Source: Gemmatimonadales bacterium
GTDB lineage: Bacteria; Gemmatimonadota; Gemmatimonadetes; Gemmatimonadales; GWC2-71-9
Reading direction: 5' to 3'
Length of the DNA: 64,000 nucleotides
NCBI GenBank assembly: GCA_041577295.1
Contig: JBFGJG010000023.1
Location: 1 to 64,000, forward strand
Part shown: piece by piece, positions 48,142-57,259 of the stretch
How the letters are laid out: each line of letters starts with the position of its first letter
Numbering within the stretch: the first letter of the stretch is position 1
Made by a program: the position numbers and the translations under genes
Notes under the pieces: generated by a model
Told to the model about the DNA's origin: nothing
The model's input: the letters and a program-made list of their open reading frames with translations, nothing else
Database searches by the model: none

Positions 48142-49562
48142 ACCGTCTCGACCTTCAACAAGTTGGTCGTTCCGGGTACCTCGAACGGCACCCCCGCGGT
48201 CACCACGATTCGATCACCACGACTCGCCAACTGCTCTCGCAACAACGCATCGCGCGCGCAGTCGAGCATGGCATCGTACGTCGGCACTTGGTCGGCCAAC
48301 ACCGGCACCACACCCCACACGATCGAGAGATAGCGCTGCGCCGACGAATCCGTGGACAAGCCGACGATCGGGATGGTCCCGCGATGGGCCGCGATCTTCC
48401 GTGCCGTAAACCCGCTCTTCGTGAAGCACACGATTAGTGGAACATGCAGCGTATCCGCCGCCACACTGGTGGCCAGCGCGATCGCCGAGGCAACGTCGTC
48501 AGTCTTTTCATGCAGATCGCTCCGCCGACGCCGCGGGATCGCGCGGGTCTCCTGCGCCCGCTCGATCTCGTGGATGATCCGCGTCATGGCTTCCACCGCT
48601 TTGATCGGGTAGGCACCGACCGCGGTCTCCGCGGACAGCATGACGGCATCGGTGCCATCCAAGATGGCGTTGGCAACGTCGGAGGCCTCCGCCCGTGTGG
48701 GCCGCGGCGCGCGCACCATCGATTCGAGCATCTGTGTCGCCGTGATCACGGGCTTGGCGTGTTCGATGCCGAGACGGATCAGGCGTTTCTGGATCAGCGG
48801 AACCTCTTCGAACTGCAGTTCCACACCCAGGTCGCCCCGCGCCACCATGAGCGCGTCCGTCCGCTCGATGATGCGATTGAGATCGTGTAGCGCGGCCGCT
48901 TTCTCAATTTTTGCCACCAACCTGACGCTCGTCGATGCGATCCGGCGCACGGCCTCGAGATCTTCAGCCCGCCGCACAAACGAGACGCCGATCAGATCCG
49001 CACCGTGCGTCAGCGCTGCTTCGATGTCCTTCTTGTCCTTGTCGGTCACGGCGGGTGCGCTGACACGCACCCCCGGGAGATTCATGCCTTTGTTGCTCTT
49101 GAGCAGGCCCCCGTACCGCACCACCGCGTGGACGCGCCGACCGTCCACCCGTATCACCTCCGTGTTGAGCATCCCGTCGTCGAGCAGAATGCACGCACCG
49201 CTCTCCACATCATCGGCGAGCTGCTCGTACGTGGTCGGAATGTCTCCCTCACGGGCCTCGTCTTCCGGCGCGAAGACGATTTTCTCACCGACGTCGAGTT
49301 GCCGCGGCGCCTCCAGGGTTCCGACCCGAATGCGAGGTCCCTGCAGGTCCACCAACAGGCCAACGGGGCGCCGCAGCTCGTCACGCAACCGCGACACCAC
49401 GTTCATCAACCGAATCCGCTCCTCCCGATTACCGTGCGAGCTGTTGATGCGCACGATGTTCACGCCGGCGCGAATCAGGTCCCGGACTATGTTCTCTTCC
49501 GACGACGCGGGGCCCAGCGTCGCAATGATCTTGGTACGGCGGAAACGGGGGTTGTAGCTCAT
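48138..49562 (-). CDS. pyk: Pyruvate kinase
   Basis: RTKI.ATLGP, DLQGP.IR, AKIE, MVARGDLG, ATQMLESM, PTRAE.SD, MLSAE. Confidence 0.97.
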   Translation of the reverse strand: MSYNPRFRRTKIIATLGPASSEENIVRDLIRAGVNIVRINSSHGNREERIRLMNVVSRLRDELRRPVGLLVDLQGPRIRVGTLEAPRQLDVGEKIVFAPEDEAREGDIPTTYEQLADDVESGACILLDDGMLNTEVIRVDGRRVHAVVRYGGLLKSNKGMNLPGVRVSAPAVTDKDKKDIEAALTHGADLIGVSFVRRAEDLEAVRRIASTSVRLVAKIEKAAALHDLNRIIERTDALMVARGDLGVELQFEEVPLIQKRLIRLGIEHAKPVITATQMLESMVRAPRPTRAEASDVANAILDGTDAVMLSAETAVGAYPIKAVEAMTRIIHEIERAQETRAIPRRRRSDLHEKTDDVASAIALATSVAADTLHVPLIVCFTKSGFTARKIAAHRGTIPIVGLSTDSSAQRYLSIVWGVVPVLADQVPTYDAMLDCARDALLREQLASRGDRIVVTAGVPFEVPGTTNLLKVETV

Positions 49563-50335
49563 GCACCACGACTCTGGGCCCCGAGCGCATCCACGAGGAG
49601 CGGAAGCGCGGCGCCCGCGTTGGCCGGCCACGCCACGGAAGCGTGAGCGGTGAGCGGCGTTGGATTGGGATTGATCTCGATCACGATACGTCCTCGTTCG
49701 ATCGCGGCCCAGGCGAGGCTTGCCGCGGGATAGACCAGTCCCGACGTGCCCACCACGCAGACGACGTCACACGCCTCGATGGCCAGCGTGGCTCGTTTGA
49801 GCGCTGCCCGTGGGAGCACCTCACCAAACCACACAACCCCGGGCCGGATCGGGCTCCCGCACGCCGGGCACGCGGGAGGATCGACCTCGCCGTCCTCGGG
49901 CACGTCGATTCCCACGAGTAACTGTGCGTCGAAGGGGTGCCCCTCGTCCAGGCAACGGAAGGCACCCAAGGACCCGTGCAATTCAGTGACTGCACGGCTA
50001 CCGGCACGTTGATGCAAACCGTCAACGTTCTGTGTCACCACCAGGAAGTCGTCGAAAACGTGCTCGAGGCGCACCAGCGCGCCATAGCCGCCATGGGGCA
50101 TTGCCTGACAGGCCACCCGCCACCGCCACAGGTACCAACCAAACACCCGGGAGGGGTGACGACGAAACGCCGCCTCGGTTGCAAACTCCGAGGGATCGTA
50201 TTGGGACCACAAACCCGTCCGCGCGTCGCGAAACGTCGGGACGCCGGACTCCTGAGACATTCCAGCACCGGTAATGACGACGACCCCGTGGGCTCCACGT
50301 ATCGCCGCGAGTACGGTTTCGAGCACGTCAGGCAC
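49559..50335 (-). CDS. cobB: NAD-dependent protein deacylase (sirtuin)
   Basis: GAG.S.ESGVPTFR, TQNVDGLH..AG, ELHG, RP.VVWFGE, VGTS..VYPA. Confidence 0.93.
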   Translation of the reverse strand: MPDVLETVLAAIRGAHGVVVITGAGMSQESGVPTFRDARTGLWSQYDPSEFATEAAFRRHPSRVFGWYLWRWRVACQAMPHGGYGALVRLEHVFDDFLVVTQNVDGLHQRAGSRAVTELHGSLGAFRCLDEGHPFDAQLLVGIDVPEDGEVDPPACPACGSPIRPGVVWFGEVLPRAALKRATLAIEACDVVCVVGTSGLVYPAASLAWAAIERGRIVIEINPNPTPLTAHASVAWPANAGAALPLLVDALGAQSRGA

Positions 50336-50389
50336 GTGAGTTTGGGGATGCAGTGCTCTTCTGATGAAACTCGGTGGGATCGCCGCGGA

Positions 50390-51634
50390 TCAACCCCCTT
50401 GGGCGAGCACGGCGCTCGCGTCCGCCGGGTATTTCTGTTCCACGTAGCGGTTGAGAATCTCAATGAAGTCATCGACGATGCCGTCACCCCTCAGCGTGAC
50501 CCTCAGTTCCCCATCCACGTACACCGGCGCTTTGGGCTCCTCGAAGGTGCCAGGTAACGAAATCCCAATGTCCGCGTGTTTGGACTCACCGGGTCCGTTC
50601 ACGACGCATCCCATCACCGCCACGCGGAGACGCTCGACTCCGGGGTGCCGCACCCGCCAACGCGGCATCTGTTCGCGCAGGTGCTCCTGTATCTGCTCGG
50701 CCATCTCCTGAAAGAAAGTGCTCGTGGTGCGGCCGCAGCCCGGACACGCGGTCACCTGCGGCATGAAACTTCGCAATCCGAGCGACTGCAGGACCTGCTG
50801 ACAGATCCGCACCTCCTCGGTGCGGTCGCCGCCGGGACGAGGTGTGAGTGAAACGCGAATAGTGTCGCCGATTCCCTCCTGCAGCAGAATGGCGAGACCA
50901 GCGGTGCTAGCCACGATCCCCTTGGAACCCATCCCGGCCTCCGTGAGACCCAAGTGGAGCGGGTAGTCGGACAGCGGCGCGAGCAAGCGGTACACATCCA
51001 CGAGGTCCTGGACCTGCGACATCTTGGCCGACAGCACGATGCGGTCGTGTGGGAGGCCAACGTCCTCGGCGAGTTGCGCCGATCGCATGGCGCTTTCCAC
51101 CATCGCCTGCAACGTCACGTCGCGGGCATCCAGCGGCTCCGGCCGCGCCGCGTTTGCGTCCATCAACTCGGTCAGCAGGCGCCGATCGAGCGAGCCCCAA
51201 TTCACGCCGATGCGGATCGGTCTGTCGCACTCGATCGCCACACGCACAATAATGATGAAGTTTTCGTCTCGTCGCTTGCCACCCACGTTGCCAGGATTGA
51301 TCCGGAACTTGGCCAGTGCCCGAGCACACTCGGGATGCCGGGTCAGCAGCAGGTGACCGTTGTAGTGAAAATCACCGATGATCGGAACGGTGACACCCTG
51401 ATCCGCCAAGCGGGCGACGATTGCGGGGACGGCAGCCGCTGCCTCGTCGTTGTTCACAGTGACCCGGACTAGCTCGCTACCCGCCGCCGCCAGCGCGGCT
51501 ACCTGCTCGACCGTCGCAGACACGTCGGCCGTGTCCGTGTTTGTCATCGACTGAATCGCCACCGGATGGCACGAGCCGACCGGTACCCCGCCGACCCACG
51601 TAGTGGTCGTCGCCCGTCGTGTAATCATTGGCAT
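50390..51634 (-). CDS. ispG: 4-hydroxy-3-methylbut-2-enyl diphosphate synthase
   Basis: [56 protein letters not shown]. Confidence 0.97.
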   Translation of the reverse strand: MPMITRRATTTTWVGGVPVGSCHPVAIQSMTNTDTADVSATVEQVAALAAAGSELVRVTVNNDEAAAAVPAIVARLADQGVTVPIIGDFHYNGHLLLTRHPECARALAKFRINPGNVGGKRRDENFIIIVRVAIECDRPIRIGVNWGSLDRRLLTELMDANAARPEPLDARDVTLQAMVESAMRSAQLAEDVGLPHDRIVLSAKMSQVQDLVDVYRLLAPLSDYPLHLGLTEAGMGSKGIVASTAGLAILLQEGIGDTIRVSLTPRPGGDRTEEVRICQQVLQSLGLRSFMPQVTACPGCGRTTSTFFQEMAEQIQEHLREQMPRWRVRHPGVERLRVAVMGCVVNGPGESKHADIGISLPGTFEEPKAPVYVDGELRVTLRGDGIVDDFIEILNRYVEQKYPADASAVLAQGG

Positions 51635-51801
51635 TGGCTGGAATATAATTGAGGCACCATTTCGCTTTGAGAAGACACGTAATTGCTACGGGCTAGCGGG
51701 GACGGCGGAATCAGCCGAAGTGCATCGAGCAGCGTGGGGTGATGATCTACCGTAGCCGATGCCGCCGATCCCGCTTTGATACGAAGACACGAGGGGGGAC
51801 G

Positions 51802-51827
51802 AAAAGCGGGGCGCCGAGGCGCCCCGC
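51802..51827 (-). terminator. Intrinsic terminator after nrdJ
   Basis: GCGGGGCGCC/GGCGCCCCGC inverted repeat followed by UUUU on the minus strand. Confidence 0.8.
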
Positions 51828-51855
51828 GTGCTTGCATCGCTGTCCTATCGAGCGC

Positions 51856-54372
51856 TCAGCCGCACTCCGAGTAACCGCACACGTGACACTTTGCGCAGCC
51901 CTCGGCGAACTCGAGTTGGGACCCGCAGTCCGGACACGCCCCGATGAACTGTACTTCGGCGTCGCGTTGGTACTCGAACATCATGCCGCCCGGAGCTTGC
52001 GCCGTGTCGTGCTGTGACACCGGAGCCGGTGTTTCCTGGTCGACCGTGGGCTCCTCGTCCAGCAGGTCTTGTTGAATGCCTTGCTTCTCCTGCATCCAGC
52101 GTTCGATGGCGATGCCAATCGCGTCGGGAACCGACAGCACTTTGTTGGGACCCAATCCCGTCACGCGATCGGACGAGATGCCGCGCAGCTGGCGGTGGAT
52201 CTCCTGCATAGGGATGCCGGATCGGAGCGCGAGCGAGATCAAGCGCCCGATCGCCTCGACGTCCGCCATGAGTGCCCCACCGGCCTTCCCGAGGCTGATG
52301 AACATCTCGAACGCCTGACCCTTATCGTCTTCGGTGAGCGTGACGTACATAGTGCCCAACGGGGTTTCGACACGGCGGGTGGTGCCTCGCAGCATCTCCG
52401 GCCGCGACCGCTTCTTCCGCCGCTGGAGGTTCTCGGTCTCAACCTCGTGGAGATCCTTCCGCGTGCGTTTGATTTCCGCCTCGAGCTCGGCGATCGTGGC
52501 CTTGAGCTCCGCCACCTCCTTCTTCTGCACCGACGCCGGCACGCCGGCATCCGACTCCCCCGATCCCGCTTTCACCTTCTTGGCCGTCTTGCCGGTGGAG
52601 AGGACCTGCATCTCCCGACTTCCGTCGCGATAGACGGTCACACCCTTGCAGCCCAGCTCGTACGCCAGGTCATAGATCTCGCGAACGTGCTGTTCGGTTG
52701 CCTCCTGCGGGAAGTTGCACGTCTTGCTAATGGCGCTGTCGGTGAACTCCTGGAACGCCCCCTGCATGCGGATGTGCCACTCGGGAGTCACGTCGTGTGC
52801 GGTCACGAACACCCGCTGCCAGCGTTCGGGCACTTCGTCGAAGTGAATGTGTCCCTCTGCGGCGATACGGCGCATCAGGTCATCTGAGTACCACCCCTCG
52901 CGGCGCGCGATGGCCACGAACGCCTCGTTGACGTCGGGCATGAGCACGCCGGCCTGGTTGCGCATGAACGCCACCGCAAAAAGCGGCTCGATGCCCGACG
53001 CGCACCCAGCGATGATCGAGATCGTTCCCGTCGGCGCCACCGTCGTGAGGTTGCAGTTTCGCAGACGCCGCATCGGACGGAGCCGGTTGCCTTTGGGGTC
53101 CCGCGCACAGGTCGCGTCGGGCCCCCAGATACTGCGCTCCCATTCTGCAAAGACTCCCCGCTCCTCCGCGAGGCGCTCGCTTTCCACCTTCGCTTCATCA
53201 TCGATGAACTGCATCAGTCGGCGACCGAGCGCCACGGCATCGTCAGAGTTGTAAGGGATGCCGAGCCCAATCAGGAGATCGGCCCACCCCATCACACCCA
53301 ATCCAATTCGGCGAATGCGCTGGGCGAGATCGTGAATCTCTGGCAGTGGGTAGCGGTTGGCATCGATGACGTTGTCGAGGAAGTGCGTGCATAGATGGAC
53401 GGCTCGGCGCAGCCGGTCCCAATCGACCTCCCCGTCCTTGACGAACAACCCAACGTTGATCGATCCCAGGTTGCACACATCATACGGGAGGAGCGGCTGT
53501 TCACCACACGGATTGGTTGCCTCGTAGCTGCCCAAGTGCGGCACCGGATTGTAGCGATTGGCTCGATCGATGAAGTACACACCCGGCTCACCGGTCTTCC
53601 ACGCGCCGTGGATGACCTTGTCGAACACCAGGCGCGCATCGAGCTGCCCTACCACTTCTCCCGTGCGGGGATGGATCGTGTCGTATTGCTCACCACGCTG
53701 CACGGCGCGCATGAATGCGTCTGTCACCGCTACCGAGATGTTGAAGTTCGTGATCTTGGTGAGATCGTCCTTGCAGGTGATGAAATCGAGGATGTCTGGG
53801 TGATCGACGCGCAGGATACCCATGTTGGCGCCGCGGCGTGTGCCCCCCTGCTTCACGACCTCAGTTGACGCATCGTACAGCGACATGAAGGAGACGGGGC
53901 CGGACGCGACACCCATCGTCGATCGGACGACATCGTTTTTCGGACGAAGGCGGGAAAAGGAAAACCCCGTGCCGCCGCCGGATTGGTGCACGAGGGCCAT
54001 GTTGCGCAACGTGTCGTAAATGCCACTCGCGCCATTGGACAACGCATCGTCCACTGGGAGCACGAAACACGCGGAGAGTTGACCGAGCGGTCGACCAGCA
54101 TTCATGAGGGTCGGGCTGTTCGGCATCCACACGCGCGTCGCCATCAAGTCAAAGAAGGTTTCAGCGAGCGTCTCGACAGCCCCGGGGCTGGCGCCGTAGC
54201 GCGCATCGGGTGCCGCGATCGTCCTGGCCACTCTCCAGAAGAGGTCGCCCGGCTCCTCCACGGGTTGGCCAGCGTCATCCTTGATGAGATACCGCCGGCG
54301 AAGAACCGTGGCGGCGTTTTCACTGAGGTCAAGCGGCGTGCGTGCGGATTCGCCCATCAAACCCATAGTCAC
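51856..54372 (-). CDS. nrdJ: Class II (adenosylcobalamin-dependent) ribonucleotide reductase with C-terminal TSCPD-like and Cys-cluster domains
   Basis: NSPTL.NAG, SACFV, NPCGEQ, APTGTIS, SKT.N, T.YRDG; ends CPDC..CAKCHVC..C; no ATP-cone recognised. Confidence 0.93.
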   Translation of the reverse strand: MTMGLMGESARTPLDLSENAATVLRRRYLIKDDAGQPVEEPGDLFWRVARTIAAPDARYGASPGAVETLAETFFDLMATRVWMPNSPTLMNAGRPLGQLSACFVLPVDDALSNGASGIYDTLRNMALVHQSGGGTGFSFSRLRPKNDVVRSTMGVASGPVSFMSLYDASTEVVKQGGTRRGANMGILRVDHPDILDFITCKDDLTKITNFNISVAVTDAFMRAVQRGEQYDTIHPRTGEVVGQLDARLVFDKVIHGAWKTGEPGVYFIDRANRYNPVPHLGSYEATNPCGEQPLLPYDVCNLGSINVGLFVKDGEVDWDRLRRAVHLCTHFLDNVIDANRYPLPEIHDLAQRIRRIGLGVMGWADLLIGLGIPYNSDDAVALGRRLMQFIDDEAKVESERLAEERGVFAEWERSIWGPDATCARDPKGNRLRPMRRLRNCNLTTVAPTGTISIIAGCASGIEPLFAVAFMRNQAGVLMPDVNEAFVAIARREGWYSDDLMRRIAAEGHIHFDEVPERWQRVFVTAHDVTPEWHIRMQGAFQEFTDSAISKTCNFPQEATEQHVREIYDLAYELGCKGVTVYRDGSREMQVLSTGKTAKKVKAGSGESDAGVPASVQKKEVAELKATIAELEAEIKRTRKDLHEVETENLQRRKKRSRPEMLRGTTRRVETPLGTMYVTLTEDDKGQAFEMFISLGKAGGALMADVEAIGRLISLALRSGIPMQEIHRQLRGISSDRVTGLGPNKVLSVPDAIGIAIERWMQEKQGIQQDLLDEEPTVDQETPAPVSQHDTAQAPGGMMFEYQRDAEVQFIGACPDCGSQLEFAEGCAKCHVCGYSECG

Positions 54373-54590
54373 TCACCCCCCGAAAAACGTGAAATAGCGG
54401 AACAGTCTACGAGCGCACCGTAGAAAGATAACTACTTGCCTTAGCGTAAGTTGTGCGATGCCCTGCGGGGCCGCGTTCGGCTGGAAGTGGCGGCGCGGGT
54501 GGTCAAGGTAGGTTTGGTCGATTCACCACGCAAGTGGTGTCGGATGCCGCGATATCACCAAGGGTCGCGTGTTTTCACATCACAAACTTG

Positions 54591-55094
54591 TTATACGGAG
54601 TACGGCGGGCGTTCGACCAGGCCACTGCGGTGCCGCTGCGCTTGCTCGACGTAATGTTGCCACGTGCTCTCGATGCGCGCGCGGAGCTCGTCGTCGACCG
54701 GCCGCACGACGCGGGCCGGGAGTCCGAGCACCAACGACCCTGGCGGCACTTCCATCCCCTCCGTGAGCAACGCGCCAGCGCCGATCACCGAGCCCGTGCC
54801 AACACGGACCCCGTTGAGCAGGATCGACCCCATGCCAACGAGGCAGTCGTCCTCGACGGTGCAGCCGTGGAGAATCGCCCGATGGCCCACCCCCACCCGG
54901 TCACCGATCGTACACGGGACCCCCGCGTCGACATGGACCATGGTGAGATCCTGGATATTGGTCTGGTCTCCGATGCGAATTGGAGCCATATCGCCCCGCA
55001 CGACCGTCTGATACCAAATGCTGGCGTTGCGGCCCAGGGTGACTTCTCCGAGCACGACCGCGCTCGGCGCGATGAAAGCGGTCGGATGGATCAC
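54591..55094 (-). CDS. Gamma carbonic anhydrase family protein
   Basis: Hexapeptide repeats, RGD, NIQD...H, GH.A.LHG. Confidence 0.93.
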   Translation of the reverse strand: MIHPTAFIAPSAVVLGEVTLGRNASIWYQTVVRGDMAPIRIGDQTNIQDLTMVHVDAGVPCTIGDRVGVGHRAILHGCTVEDDCLVGMGSILLNGVRVGTGSVIGAGALLTEGMEVPPGSLVLGLPARVVRPVDDELRARIESTWQHYVEQAQRHRSGLVERPPYSV

Positions 55095-55115
55095 GTCGGC
55101 TTGTGGGGTTTCTGG

Positions 55116-57101
55116 TTATCGACCGGGTTCACCCTCGAACGTCAGTCGCACCCATGCCGCCACCGGCTTGCCCAGTTTCTGGGCTGGCTGGAACGGCATG
55201 CGCTTGGCCACCTGCGCGGCCTGCCGCGCGAAGCGTAGATCAGTCTTACTCGCGGGGATGATCCTGTCCACCCGTCCATCCGATTCGATCCGCAGCCACA
55301 GGGTGGCCGGGGGTGGCACGACTTTGACGCCGGCCGGAAGCACGACGACCGCAGGTTCGGCCGTCACCGGCGGTGTTTCGAAGCACGAGCCATCAGCATT
55401 ATAGCTGGGACCGGGTAACTCGCAGCGATCTTCCGCCACCTCGCGCGAGAACACGCGACTCGAGGGGGAGTCGGCGGTCTCCTCTGCCCGGCGCATTTGC
55501 ACCTGGACGATGATGCGCTCGCCGCGCCCCACGGGCACCGTGCTCGAGTAGTCCTCGTAGCCAAGGGCAGTCACGCGGATACGGTGCGAGCCCGCGGGAA
55601 CGCTGATCAGGCTGCCCACGACATCATCGCCGTCCAGCGTCACCTTGCCCAACGCCGGGACACCGCGGAACTCCAGCGTGCCCGTGTTGGGAAGTTCGGC
55701 CGCCGCAGGCTCCGGGACGGGGGCAGTGTCCACCGGGGCTGGGGCGAGCGAGTCCGGCGCGGGCGGGTCCGCCGCCAGCGAGTCCACAGGTACCATCGAA
55801 AGTGTGTCGTCATGGGCGGGCAACTCCGGCTGGGGTGGTTCCTGCGCAACGGCTTCACCACCGCGCAGCGCCGTCCAAACGCCGCTCAGGCTGATGTCGG
55901 AGCCTACGAATGACGGGGGCCACTGGTCCCCCATGAGGAGGTACCAATAGCCGCCGGCTCCACCACCGCCGAGCATGAACAGAATGAAAAGTCCCACCAG
56001 CGCGCCGCCGCGCTTCTTTCGCTTTTGGTTCGGACGCTTCGTGCGGTGCGCATCGATCCGTGGAATCGGAGTCGTCGGCGTCGGCTGCGCGCCCTTGGTC
56101 GTGGCCGGTCGCCGCTGACCGGTGGACGCATGCACCATCATTGTCGGCGCGTTGGTAAACGCGGGTCGGGCGCGGGGCCGCTCGAGTGCGGTGATCAGCT
56201 CGGCTGCTGTCTGGTAACGATCGTCGGGGGACTTCGCGAGCATGCGCCGGATCACGATGAACAACTCACGCTGCTCGTGGGTCTCCAGCGTAGGTGTCGG
56301 AAGCGGATCCATGACGTGCTTGTACCCAATCGAGAACGCGTCTTCGCCGTCGAATGGCACCTTCCCGGTGAGACACTGGTACGCAACGACACCGAGTGAA
56401 TAGATGTCGCTGCGGCCATCGATGGGCTTGGCCCGCGCTTGCTCAGGACTCATGTAGTGCGGTGTCCCAATCGACATGCCTGTGCCGGTCAGGCGCGACC
56501 CGGTCGCCGCTTTGGCGATCCCGAAGTCCGTGACCACCGCGTGACCCGCATCATCAAAGAGAATGTTGTCCGGTTTGATGTCGCGGTGGACGATGCGGTG
56601 CTTGTGGGCGTAACCGAGTGCACTAGCCGTCTGCACGAGGAGGCGGCGAATGGCCTCCGGCGCGAGGGGGCCCTGCTTCTCTATCATTTTGGCGAGCGGC
56701 TCGCCGCGGAGATACTTCATGACGAAGTAGCTCACCCGCCCGGTCTGTCCCACGCGATAAATTGGAATGATGTTCGGGTGCTCGAGCTTCGCCGCCGTGC
56801 GGGCCTCCCGTTGGAACCGCTCCACGAACTCGGCATCGAACGCCATCGACAGCGGCAAGACCTTGATGGCCACCAAACGGTCGAGCTGCTTCTCCCGCGC
56901 TTCATAGACCACCGCCATCCCACCCCGCCCAAGCTCACTGCGGATCTCGTACTCGTGAATCAGGGCATCCCGAACGATCTCCGCATCCGTGCGGTCCGTG
57001 CGCACTGCCGCCATAGGCGTAGTGGCCCGTAAGTCCAACCCGCACGCCGGGCAGAACTTTGCACTCTCGTCGTTTTGGGTACCGCAACGTGAACAGAACA
57101 T
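55116..57101 (-). CDS. Membrane Hanks-type Ser/Thr kinase: zinc ribbon, kinase, TM, PEGA-like, TonB C-terminal-like domain
   Basis: CSRC/CPAC; GRGGMAVV, VAIK, HRDIKPDN, DFG, GTP.YMSPE; TM LVGLFILFML; C-terminal I..DG.V...F...A...F.PA...G.PV. Confidence 0.9.
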   Translation of the reverse strand: MFCSRCGTQNDESAKFCPACGLDLRATTPMAAVRTDRTDAEIVRDALIHEYEIRSELGRGGMAVVYEAREKQLDRLVAIKVLPLSMAFDAEFVERFQREARTAAKLEHPNIIPIYRVGQTGRVSYFVMKYLRGEPLAKMIEKQGPLAPEAIRRLLVQTASALGYAHKHRIVHRDIKPDNILFDDAGHAVVTDFGIAKAATGSRLTGTGMSIGTPHYMSPEQARAKPIDGRSDIYSLGVVAYQCLTGKVPFDGEDAFSIGYKHVMDPLPTPTLETHEQRELFIVIRRMLAKSPDDRYQTAAELITALERPRARPAFTNAPTMMVHASTGQRRPATTKGAQPTPTTPIPRIDAHRTKRPNQKRKKRGGALVGLFILFMLGGGGAGGYWYLLMGDQWPPSFVGSDISLSGVWTALRGGEAVAQEPPQPELPAHDDTLSMVPVDSLAADPPAPDSLAPAPVDTAPVPEPAAAELPNTGTLEFRGVPALGKVTLDGDDVVGSLISVPAGSHRIRVTALGYEDYSSTVPVGRGERIIVQVQMRRAEETADSPSSRVFSREVAEDRCELPGPSYNADGSCFETPPVTAEPAVVVLPAGVKVVPPPATLWLRIESDGRVDRIIPASKTDLRFARQAAQVAKRMPFQPAQKLGKPVAAWVRLTFEGEPGR

Positions 57102-57164
57102 TGCACAATGCCCCAGTAACTCGTCGAACCTGCGACGCCGAACGTCGACGCCGCCCCTGTAAGG

Positions 57165-57180
57165 AGCAATCGGCGTGCCG
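57165..57180 (-). promoter_or_regulatory. Candidate sigma54 -24/-12 promoter
   Basis: Minus strand CGGCACGCCGATTGCT gives GG-N10-GC with TTGC, about 64 nt upstream of the kinase start. Confidence 0.6.
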
Positions 57181-57259
57181 CTAAGTTACTGTCTGGCATT
57201 GAGTTGTGATGCGCCTCACAGTTCCGATGTGGGCGCGGTCCGTGACAAAAACGGCGTGT

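Noticed and set aside
54373..54590. NrdR boxes or cobalamin riboswitch upstream of nrdJ
   Set aside because: No convincing tandem NrdR consensus and no B12-box seen.
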